Origin: Paragordius varius
Lineage: Eukaryota; Animalia; Nematomorpha
Direction of reading: 5' to 3'
Assembly (NCBI GenBank): GCA_964247055.1
Contig: OZ176055.1
Location: 7,502,001-7,566,000 of the forward strand
Length of the DNA stretch: 64,000 nucleotides
Part shown: positions 27,448-38,418 of the stretch, one piece after another
Position numbering within the stretch: the stretch's first letter is position 1
Layout: each line of letters begins with the position of its first letter
Position numbers and translations under genes: made by a program
The notes under the pieces: model-generated
What the model was told of the DNA's origin: nothing
Seen by the model: the letters and a program-made list of their open reading frames with translations, nothing else
The model's database searches: none

Positions 27448-28123
27448 AATATGTTTTTTTTTCTCTATATACTTAAAAATACTATACCATGTGATGCGAA
27501 AAAAAACTTACTTTCATAATTCTCAATGCCAAATTGTTGAGAGATAAATTATGCATAAAAAAGTGTTTTAGATTATTATAAAAGATTTTTATAGAAGGTC
27601 GAAAAAAATCAATAGCGGTTTAAAATTATCAATGTCATACCACCCTCATACTCTTAATAATGATCAATAACTCAAAAATGTACTGCAATTATAAAATCAA
27701 CAATAAAACTGTATTAAAAATATATTCATATACAAAATTTGTTTCCCATTTTTTTTCCTAAATGAAATTTCTTATATTCTAATTATGCAAAATCGAATCA
27801 AGCGAATTTTTTTAGCATAAGTTTGCGCCCGCTTAATTAGTCATTAGCATAATTTTTTTCCATTCTATTAAATTTTTAGTACCCTTACGTTGTGTGATTT
27901 GCATAATTCATTTCATATTTTTAAACGATACTATCACAAACTTTATTTGTCTAAACATAATAATGATTGTGTAATCTAAAAGATGTATTATGAATCTATG
28001 TGCGCATCAATAAAAAAAATGTAAAAATAGATTTACAAAAAATATATAATAAATTTTTATTACACATACTGCAATTTTTATTTCATGTTAAAAATATTTT
28101 TTATATTGGTTTGCTTAAGGTAA

Positions 28124-29718
28124 TTATGTAACTTCTTGTTTTCGTTTCAATGGATTCGTATTATATAAATGCAAGTAGTGTTGACTTTTAGCTATGGAGG
28201 GCTGCTCATCTCCCCAACCCCGGTCCCAATATATGGCTAAATTGAATTGAGCCTGGGGGTGTCCAGCATCAGCTGATTTGGTATAATATTCTTTGGCCTG
28301 TAAAATCAAAAAAAAATTCAATTATGTGATAAAAAAGTTATTAGTACCGTTTCGGTTTCATACAAAATTTGTTTGGGAAAAAAATAGTTTTGGTCTAAAA
28401 AGTTTTAAGAATAACTGTGTACGGTTTCAATGTTTTATTTCAAAAAAATTTGAATGCGGTTCGATTTTTTTAAAATAAAATGGCACTGATTGTTCGACTT
28501 TCTTAATTTTACGGATAGCTTTTTATTGTGATATGATGTGAGTTACAAAAGTATAAATATACAGTTTATACTTTAATATTAAAGGGAAAAATTTATTGTA
28601 TCCGGACTTGTGAATGCTTTAACACTCGCCTGCCGAGGGCTAGTGTGGGAAAATTGCGTAGTTTCGGTGTTCAAACCCTGGCACACAGTGCAAGAGTCCG
28701 CCCTATTTTTTAAAGGATAGCCTATTTTTTTGATATAATGTGAGTTACAAAGGCGTATAATTAAACTATACAAATATGTTATCTGTTGGGGGGGTTAATT
28801 TAAATGAAATAAAAAATATAAATAAACTTTATATTTTACCAAAAATTTTGAAACTAAGGTTCCAAAAAAGACTAATGATCTAGTTCCACGAAAACGGTAA
28901 ACAAAGTAAATCTGTGAAATACCCCGTAAAGTTAATTTTTAGGTTTAAAAGATGAGAGGGTAAAGTTATCGGTGCTAAATATAATTTTATCATAATTCTA
29001 ATAGAAAAAAAAAACAAACTAATTAGTATACTATACACTATGATATGTGGTATACACTGTCCTCAAAATATTTGGTATAAAGCCACCTATTGCTTGATAG
29101 GGTAATACTTTTAATTGTGGTAAGCTAAGGAAATAAACTCCATAACATGTTTTCTATTTAATATTATAGAAGGTGTTTTCTGCCAAAAAATTTGTGAATA
29201 TCAAATTAAACTTATCATATTTACTTTTTTAAGATCCTTGGAAACTCCGAGACCCAACTCATACATAAGTGCTAAATTAAAATAGGCCTTTTCATTGCCT
29301 AATTGACTGGAAGACTTGATCCAAGTCAACGCCTGGGAATATTCTTCTTTTTTGAGGAAAGCCAACCCAATAGCATGATTCGTTTGAGATTCTGAAATAC
29401 GTAAAGACTCGAAAATGGAATCCTTAAAACTCGCGTCCGAAGATGTTGGTTCAAAAACTTTTGTGGAAGTTGGATCAAAAAAATTAGAATTACGCTCATA
29501 TGTTTTGTTATTTTTAAAGAAATTAGATCTACTCGTATTAAATATATATTTTACCCTTCATCTCGTTTTTCAGCATCATCGTCATTATATTTAGATTTTA
29601 GGTCATTGTATGTTGCATCAGTTGAATTAGTATGCCTCAATACATCTTGTATGCGCTGACAAAACCCTAAAATATAAATTTAAAAACCCCTTGATAGGGA
29701 TTGAGTAAATCTCCACAT
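28124..29718 (-). CDS. Sel1-like/TPR repeat protein, DELE1-like (206 aa)
   Basis: Exons 29718-29688, 29666-29555, 29528-29225, 28297-28124 total 621 nt. Starts MWRFTQSLSRG (human DELE1 starts MWRL). Sel1 repeats ALTWIKSSSQLGNEKAYFNLALMYELGLGVSKDLKKAKEYYTKSADAGHPQAQFNLAIYWDRG. The Sel1 call is strong; DELE1 orthology is tentative. Confidence 0.75.
28601..28703. ncRNA. Candidate structured intronic RNA or repeat (unidentified)
   Basis: 53% GC over 28601-28700 inside an AT-rich intron. Closing stem CGGACT (28603-28608)/AGTCCG (28695-28700). I recognised no known ncRNA family. Confidence 0.25.
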
Positions 29719-29767
29719 GGTTTTGCTGTTTAAATGCTGGTATGCTTTGAAATGTTGAGCGAAAAGC
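29719..29767. promoter_or_regulatory. Putative minimal bidirectional promoter between DELE1-like (-) and COQ2 (+)
   Basis: 49 nt between ATGs. Contains AATGCTG (29733) and AATGTTG (29751), i.e. CAGCATT and CAACATT on the minus strand. Confidence 0.5.
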
Positions 29768-32673
29768 ATGACAGTTTTGGTAATCGGGAGAAAAGTTTTA
29801 TCGTTAAATTTTCAAAATAAAACCGCTATCTATGGTTTGAAGTTTTTTACTACACATGTAAAAAAATTCAATAATTACCTACAACTTATTAGGTTTGACA
29901 AGCCTATCGGTATCAAAAAATCTCTATATGTAATTAGGAACGTGGTTAGTATTTTGGCCTGGGATGTGGTCATTGACTCTTGCAACTCATATTCAAAATA
30001 ACATAGTAAATACAGACATAAATATGGACAAAATACTATTAACTTTTCCGGATCCCAAATTATTTTTGTATTTTTCTCTCGGGAGCTTTCTAATGAGAAA
30101 TTCGGGGTGTATTATCAATGATATGTTTGACAAACGATATGATCGATATGTTAAAAGAACTGAGAATAGACCACTGGCTGCAAACAGACTTACGAAATTT
30201 AATGCATTAACTTTTTTAGGATTAAATTTATCGGCAGCTCTTCTTATTTTACTACAACTTAACAATCTCACCATGCTTTTAGGTATATTTAGCTTTTAAA
30301 AAATTCACTTTATATATTCAGGCGTATTAGCTTTGATTCCGACTATTACCTATCCTTTGTCTAAAAGATTCTTCCCGTGGCCTCAATTACATTTAGGTTT
30401 ATATCTGTTTGCATTATTTTGTTTTCGTCCATAATCCCTTATTTTTTATATTAAATTCTGGCATTCATTAATGTTTCGATATATTTTTAATTTATGACGT
30501 GTTGATACATTTGTCATTTTTCAATTTTATCACATTGCAACGAATTTCAATCAAATTTATTTTGTTTTTCTTTTTTATATAAAGGCATAGTGTTTAACTG
30601 GGGTTCCCTCATGGGTTATTCAGCCGTATTAAACAGCCTAATACCTGCCCTACCCATTGCACTTTTATATGGTGGAAGTATTGCATGGACTCTGGTTTAT
30701 GATACTGTTTACGCTCATCAGGTAATTAATATATAAATTATTAAATTATACAGCCACATTATTGATTATATAGGTATTTTATGTATAAATGTTAATTTTT
30801 TAACCTATTTACAATACCAATATAACATAGTTTAGCTGCTAACTTTATACAAAAAAATCATATTTTATAATGCGTAAGTAACCAATATACACAGTGTACA
30901 CAAAAAATTATCCGGAATATTCCGATAGTATTAGGAATTTAATGGTGCTTTTGGTTTGGCTCTTACGAAGGATTTAATAAAGGTGTTTCAATTTTGTTCT
31001 AAGTGCTCCATATAGGAAAATGGCATTTAACCACCTTTTTGTAAATATTTTTTTGATGAAGGCTTAATGCTTCATTCCACAATATCACTAAAATTATCAT
31101 AAACAATTTATGAAAAGTAAAACAATATTTTTATTATATTTTAATTTTTAGATGTGGGCTCTAAAAGTTCCTAATTTTTTTGCTCTTTTAAAACGGGCTA
31201 GTTCTTGTAAAATAAAGGCAAAAATGTTGAAATGGCGCGATAAAAATTTAATATACTAAATTTTGACACCAAAAAAATTTTTTTAAAAATGCGTACTTTA
31301 TACAAAAATTTAATTTTGGGCCAAATTTTATTGAAGCGTAGTTCATCCTTTTTTAGGCATGATGAAACCGACACAAAAACTATATGTTATAAAATTCTAT
31401 ATTTTTTTGCTGAACATTTCTATCACCTTATAATTTTAATCAATATATTCGTTTGTCTTCAAATTTATGTCAAATGAAATTTTTTTTATATAAATTCACC
31501 AAAATTTAAAAGTAAACGAACCTTTAAATTTAAATTCTGATGGAGAAATGCGGTAGAAATGTTCAGCATCATTAAATTATATAGAAAAAGTGTTTTTACA
31601 ATATCTAAAAGCGTTTTTATAATTCCAATCATACCAAAAATAGTAGGAAGTCACGCTTCAATAAAATTTTGCTAAAAATTGAATTTTTCTAAAAGCATGC
31701 ATTTAAAAACTATTTTTTTCGTCAAAATTTAGCATATATCAAAACTCTTATTGCGAAAATCTGGCATTTTGCGTTTATTTGTAAAAAACTAGCCCGTTTT
31801 AGAAGAGCAAGAAATTAGGGGCTTTAGAGCCCACATCTAAATATCAAAATATTATAAATTGTTTTGCTTTTTATAAGTAGTTAGTGATATATTTTAGTCA
31901 ATGAAGCATTTAGCTTTCGACAAAAAAAAATTATTACAAAAAATGTGGTTATTTGCCATTTTCTTATATGGAGCACTTAAAAACAAAAGTGAAATATATC
32001 ACTCGTAAGGCCAAACCAAAAGCACCTTGATACTGATACAATTTTCTATCAAAATATACTTATTTTATCAAGATATTTTTTCGAACACCAATTTTAGAAA
32101 AGTAAGAAAAAAAATTTGTTCATTGCATAGTTTTTTTATAAAATATGACTTTGTTTAAAAATGATTATGTTTATGTAGAAAATATCTAAAAAAACATACT
32201 CGATCAATATTATCATGAGGCATAAATTTATGATCGTGTGCTACATATTCAAAAACTCAATATAGAGAGATTTATTATGGGGGGAAAGGGTACTGTCATC
32301 AAAAATTCTATTTTTTATATGATAATACTAGGATAAAATGTATGATATGCAATTGGGATTACATTCAACGGCTCTTTACTTTGCTCGTGCACCCAAAAGA
32401 TTTTTATACTTGTGTGCTATCTTTTCTAATGCCTGTTTTGCGGGGATAGGACATACGTTTTCTTACCATTTTAATGAACATATATCAACCTTACTCCATT
32501 TTCATCCCTTATATTATATATTTATTGCTCTAAATACAATATATATGACATGGGCCATAAAATGTGTCGATTTGAATGACCCGGTCTCGTGTGGTCAACA
32601 TTTTAAACGCCATAATGTGTGTGGAATACTTACTGCCCTGGCATTTATTACTGGGAATGCGTCTTTTTTTTAA
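29768..32673 (+). CDS. COQ2: 4-hydroxybenzoate polyprenyltransferase, mitochondrial (UbiA family)
   Basis: Exons 29768-29909, 29938-30282, 30322-30396, 30585-30721, 32332-32673. Motifs YLQLIRFDKPIGTWLVFWPG, LMRNSGCIINDMFDKRYDRYVKRTENRPLA, YPLSKRFFPWPQ, FNWG, WTLVYDTVYAHQDK, STALYF. Confidence 0.95.
30890..32090. mobile_element. Long foldback element family B copy 3 (~1.2 kb, in COQ2 intron 4)
   Basis: GGTGCTTTTGGTTTGGCTCTTACG (30944) and CGTAAGGCCAAACCAAAAGCACC (~32003-32025). Mirror blocks include GTGCTCCATATAGGAAAATGGCA vs TGCCATTTTCTTATATGGAGCAC and GATGTGGGCTCTAAA vs TTTAGAGCCCACATC. Confidence 0.8.
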
Positions 32674-32881
32674 ATAAGCTTATATTGATTTTTTAATATT
32701 TTATAACTGTCATTATTTCTACATGCGTAGATATTATTGTATATAATTTTAAATACAGAGTTGAAAATTTTGTATGTAATAATATTTTGTTAAAATAGCA
32801 TGTAAAACAATTCTTAAATAATTAAAAGTCCTTGAAAATTAAAATGGTAAAAAACATGGATAATTTGACAAATATTTATTT

Positions 32882-33256
32882 TTATAACCATGGAATAGAT
32901 ATGGGCGCTGGATTTTGTAAATATGACATAACAACAGCAAATATAGACAACCTTAAGATTAATTTAAAATATACATAAAATTGCTAACAATCTGTTTGGT
33001 ATCATCAGAAGTTTTAGCATTTGCAAAACTAATAAAGGCACAATAGAGGGCAATCCAAGAGCTCCATTTAATCTACATTCATTATATGTCTAACTCTCAT
33101 CATCAATCCAAACATGCTAAATATTAAGCCTAAAATATTCATATAATCATGTATGGGATCTTCTGATCTAGCATATGGCCCTGAATCCAAATTATATTTA
33201 AACCTGCGATAATAAAAAAACTACTTGTGAATTTTATACTTTTTTGGTTCGTTCAT
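32882..33256 (-). CDS. WDR83OS: Asterix / PAT complex subunit PAT10 (102 aa)
   Basis: Exons 33256-33225, 33203-33095, 33072-32975, 32951-32882 total 309 nt and translate to [102 protein letters not shown]. This is colinear with recalled human WDR83OS ([36 protein letters not shown]...[16 protein letters not shown]). Absent from the ORF track. Confidence 0.95.
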
Positions 33257-34249
33257 TTTTCATATGGTTGTTGTACTACCACATTTTTGCAAAAATATAT
33301 TATTATTTTTAACATTTTGATTCGAATTGGGGTATCTATATGCCCCAAACAATATTTAAATCGATATTTTAAACAAAATTATAGAAAGAAACGGTTCATT
33401 ATTCTATTAATAATTATATAAATAAACCAAAATATCAAAATAAATTAGTTTTGAAAAAAAGTTTCGTATCAAAGTACTTCGAGGAAAATTACAACATCTT
33501 TGCAAATATCATGTTTATTTGATTCTTAGTCCGAAATTAAGGGTACTTTTTATTAAATGACATTTAACATTAATCTAAACAGAAAAAGTGGTATATTTTG
33601 CATTAATTTATATTTAGTTATGCATATATAATGTTGGCTAAATTTTACCTGGTTTGAACAAATATTTTTCAAAATTTAGGTTCATTAATGTTGTAAAAAT
33701 GGAAACTTTTGCCGTGGTTTTAATATATTCCATATTGTTAAACAACACTGGGGTATAAAAAACCCCCATTTAAATCGAAGGAATAAACTGAATGTGTTGT
33801 ATCTAAGTCCGAACTAAAATAATTATTAGCTCTAATCGCATTTTCTCTATTTTTTGGGACAAATAATTAACTTTGTATTCAATGTTTTACCAAGTATATA
33901 CTATAGGTTTAGTGTTGAGAACGCTTTGAGAAAATAATTAAACAAGTTTTTATGACGAATAAAATATTCATCAATATGTAAATTTTTCAGTGTTATCCAA
34001 ATTTTGAGTAGTTTTCCTCTAATAGCATCATTAAAAGTAACGTAAAATATCTTTGATTTTTGGAAAAATTATGCGCATAATGGCCTTTTAAGCTCAATGA
34101 TTGTATAAATGTTAAAAAGTCTTATCTCAATTTAGCGGCCAATAACTCTTTACATTTCACATTTTTCTTAATTTTAGATAATTACTTTATAACCTCGAAA
34201 CTTCTAATTTTGCTGCAATTATTTATCACATAGTTTTTTATGTTAAATG

Positions 34250-35615
34250 TATATAAGTTTAACCCTAACGTTGGGATAGCTCTAAGCGATTATGCCCAAC
34301 ATCTGATAAATCGATATTAAAAATTTGATGCTAAAATGTAATTCAAAAGCTTTCCATTAAATTTTTTTCCTATCATATACATTTTTCAGATGTATTAGCT
34401 ATTAAAAAACCGAAGAAAAAAATAGCGACCAAAAAGTTTGAGATTGGGATTATACATTTTTCAAAATTATTTATTTTAAATTGTGCCTCTAAAGGCTACA
34501 AAATTAATATTGTTATCATTGACACAATGGGTGGGGTGATATAAATTTTTTTTGATTACTTGCAAGTTTTTCTAGTCATGGCTTGCTTTCATGTGATAAA
34601 AAAAATTTAACATTACACGACTTAGGTCAAGCAAGAAAACTTGATTCGGTGGTGATAAAAAATCATATGATCAAGTAAAACTTAAAGATTTTGCAAGTGT
34701 GTAGAGCACACTGACAGATTTTAAAATATGGATAAAATTATTTTGGAAACTCTTTATGTAAAAAATTTAGGTTTTATATGTAATTCAAATCTTTGTTAAT
34801 GCTATTATTTGTTAATTTGATAAATTTTGGCTATAACCTACATTGGGTGGATACAAAAGGGGATAAATTTATAGAGTAACTCTGCCAATATTTAAGAACA
34901 TGGCATATAAAAATATGCTAAATATATCAATTCCGTGGGCGCAAATAATTTGATTCTCGAAAATTTCTTAAAATTTATAATTAAATATTAATTTTGTAAA
35001 ATTTCAAATCTTCCTTTTTAAACGCTATAGGTTATTTCACAAATAACTAATGTAAAGAAATTATTTCATCATAATCTATTTCGAATATAAGGTTGATAAT
35101 CAATTAAAAATAATAATATGTTATATTGTAATAAACATCCTCCAATAATATTTGCAAATGGACTCCAAACAAAATGAGGTGGTAAAAGAATAAGGGCGAA
35201 TGGTTTCATCAATCTAAAATTATTACTAGGCTAAATAATAAAACTCTATCATATTAAATAAGATACGTGCCAGTGAGTTTGAAAAAACTTTAATAATTAC
35301 ATATTGTATTAATTGTTTATCTTTGTGCCTTATTTCATAAATTTTGGCTGAAAATGATCAAAATAATTTCCGTAAAATTCGAATTGGGTGGCAAAAAAAT
35401 GTTACATTCATAAGCAAAAGACTTGACTTAAGTGTTATTTAATCACAGATCTTCAAGTGTACACTTGCTGGCTTAGTAAACTTGCTCAATTTGCCACGCT
35501 TGGTTTACAAGTCAGGTATGAATGTTTTATCACCCCACCCAATATCATAAATACTTTTTCAAATGATCGAAGTTAAAATTGAGCTATAACCCCAAAGGTT
35601 AAAAAGTTAAAACTT
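34250..35615. mobile_element. Degenerate foldback-type element
   Basis: Inverted blocks GGGTGGGGTGATA (~34529) vs TATCACCCCACCC (~35528), and weaker outer arms at ~34255 and ~35581. The arms are not fully colinear. Confidence 0.35.
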
Positions 35616-36223
35616 TTATTGAAGGATTACATTTTATTTAGCAAATAACATAAAGAAAATAAACATAGACAAATAAAATAAATAAAAAATCATTTGACAC
35701 TTCATCGTTTCGGGGCATAACCCTAGAACGATTTTAACTATCATAAAAACTATATAATATATTGGGACAGATTAAAAGTATATATTCCTTAGCCCTTTAG
35801 GCTTATGATAAAAAAAATCTTTGGGGTCCAACACATTCATTCTAGTCCTTCGATTCTAACTATGGTCGTTTATCTAGCTGTATCAAATTCAAATACACGG
35901 AATTTAAACCATTACAAAAGTTTGCACCTGTATAACATTGATTGACCGAAATATAAAAAAGATTCCTTAAAACTGGATATTATTTATATGGATAAACTGG
36001 AGGTAAATCTCTAGCCAACATAACATGAGCATATGTAAAAATAATGAAAAATAAACCACTCTTTGTTTATATTAATACACTTCGATTCAAATTGGTGTAT
36101 AAAAATACCCAGACTATATTTAAGTTGATATTTTAAAAATGCTACTGAAAGAAACAGTAACAATTTGAATTTATCCTAATAAAATTATATACTTAAGTTA
36201 AAATATATGAATAAAAGTTAGTT

Positions 36224-36587
36224 TTGAAAAAAAGTTCCATATCAAACTACTTCGGCGCCATTTTATTCTCATTTGCAATATATCGTGTCTATTTAATTTT
36301 CACGCTAATATTTAAGCTAATTTTTATAAAATCATATCTAATATTGATAGAAAGAGAAATACTGGTTTATTATTTATTATTTTTAAGTATAGCTAAATGT
36401 CATGTTGACTAAATTTTTACAAATTAAGTAACATCAAGTATTTTTAATGTGTTGTATCCAAGTGTTAATTTTAGATGTAATTTCAATTAAAAAATTCACT
36501 TTAGTTTTTGCGCTAGCTAAAATAAAAAACACGATATTTTGAAAAATAAAGATGGCGTCGTAGTTTGATATAGAGCTATTTTCAAAA
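36224..36587. mobile_element. MITE family D (related copies near 33440 and 45755)
   Basis: Inverted arms AAAAGTTCCATATCAAACTACTTCGGCGCCATTT and AAGATGGCGTCGTAGTTTGATATAGAGCTATTTTCAAAA. Near-identical left-arm text recurs at ~45757 and, more diverged, at ~33452. Confidence 0.6.
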
Positions 36588-37838
36588 TTATTTTAGATAT
36601 TTCTTATTTATATATTTTAGTTAGAATAGAAGCATAAGTTTAAATTGGAACAGTCCTCTGTAGTTTTTGATTAATATCTATTAAACAAAAATGGGTCAGT
36701 CTCAATTTGAAACAAAGTGTTAAAAATCTCGTAAAACATCCTCATCTCAAACTTTTCACCGCCATTTTTATATTTTCTTTTACGCTGATACAACAGGCAA
36801 ATGCATATGGTTAAAAAATGTAAGTTACTAACTTAAAAAAGTTTCAAAACTATAATTCAATGTTAGATTTTATATTTATTTATTTTATTATCAGCTCTTT
36901 GTTACAATAGGGATATGGAGCTACCTCATCTTGGACTCTAGAATTTATACACCTATAATATTTATGCCTTTTTAACTACCACAGGAGAACAATAACAAAA
37001 CACATAGTAATTAATTTATATATTTAAATATCGGTAAATCAACCCAAAATGTAATCGTCTACAAAAAAATGAAAGGTAAAGTCTAAAAGAGAAATGGCAA
37101 AAAATATGAAAATATTGGATCGTAGAAATATGGTAAATACTTGTGAGGTCTAAATACAAGTTTCATTAAAATTTTTTATCAGGTCTACCGTTTGATCGGC
37201 CCACCCATGGCTCAAACCAGCCAAACCTAATTATAGCAAACCCCGAACTACTAATAATATAAATTTATTTAATATTATTGAAAATTTATAAATATATTTT
37301 CGAATTATTTTTAACCGACCGCTTATATTTATCCGACTTCTAAAGATTTTTGTCGCTAACCACACGTTTGCATGTATATTTAAAAATAAATTATACCTTC
37401 AATCAATCTTATAATTATTCTTCGGTGTTCATTGATTTACTAAAAATCTTTAAACCAGATGTCTTTTGTAAGATAATTATAGTTATATAAAGAAAAATTT
37501 TTGCTCTTAGTTTTTCCTGGCATATTCCACCTATAGGATATAATAGAATCCCTAAAAGATTCTTAAATGCTCACAAGTTAAGTGGTCTGACTGACTAGTT
37601 TTAGGAGCTAGTGAATATTTTATTAAATGACTTCTTTAATTAACTTATTTTTCTCAAATAAACTAAACTATATGTAACAAAACATATTTTTCATTTTATC
37701 TGATATTTTGGTAAAAGAAAGGTATAGTCAATATTAAATCTTTCACATTTAATCTTTGTTTTGGATATCAATAATTCAAGGTTTTTTGATAATGATTATA
37801 ACTTTTATAACTTAAATTACATTTTATTTGTATTAAAA

Positions 37839-38383
37839 ATGTTATTTATGCGCGGGAAATTACATAATATATTAATTTTGTGTCTTTATGGAATATTAGG
37901 GCATCAGTGTTATTTAATAGAAGCGTATCATCATATATGCAATCAAAATGACATAGAGTTAAAGGCCAATCTTGATTTGCAACGAAAGTATTTTATTTAT
38001 GTTACATATTTTAAAGTCTATTTATTGTTTGTTAGTTTACAAAATTATTAACATTTCGCCTTACATAAGGATTTCCTAACTAAATCATTTTTTGATCAAA
38101 TAGATTAACTAAATTATAGAGTATATAATATTTTAAACAAATTTTTCGTTTTGTAACTCTATAGATTTAATTTAACTTATGGTGACATGAATTTCGAAAG
38201 GCATGACGGGATGGTAGTATGGCGTCCCTTACAATTTTATGAACCCTTAAGAGATACAATTCATTTTTTAAGGCTTACAAATGACGAATACCCAAACCTT
38301 AAAAAAATACTAAACGTCACAAATACCGCGGTAGGTCAATCTATTGGTCTAATTTTTTTGGTGTAAAGGATACTCTTAATTTG

Positions 38384-38418
<35 letters not shown>

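Noticed and set aside
28620-28700. tRNA or tRNA-Sec (GTTCAAACCC T-loop-like motif)
   Set aside because: No cloverleaf can be drawn; the T-stem and acceptor stem do not pair.
29910-29937. U12-type intron (GTATC start) in COQ2
   Set aside because: It lacks the GTATCCTT donor and TCCTTAAC branch consensus.
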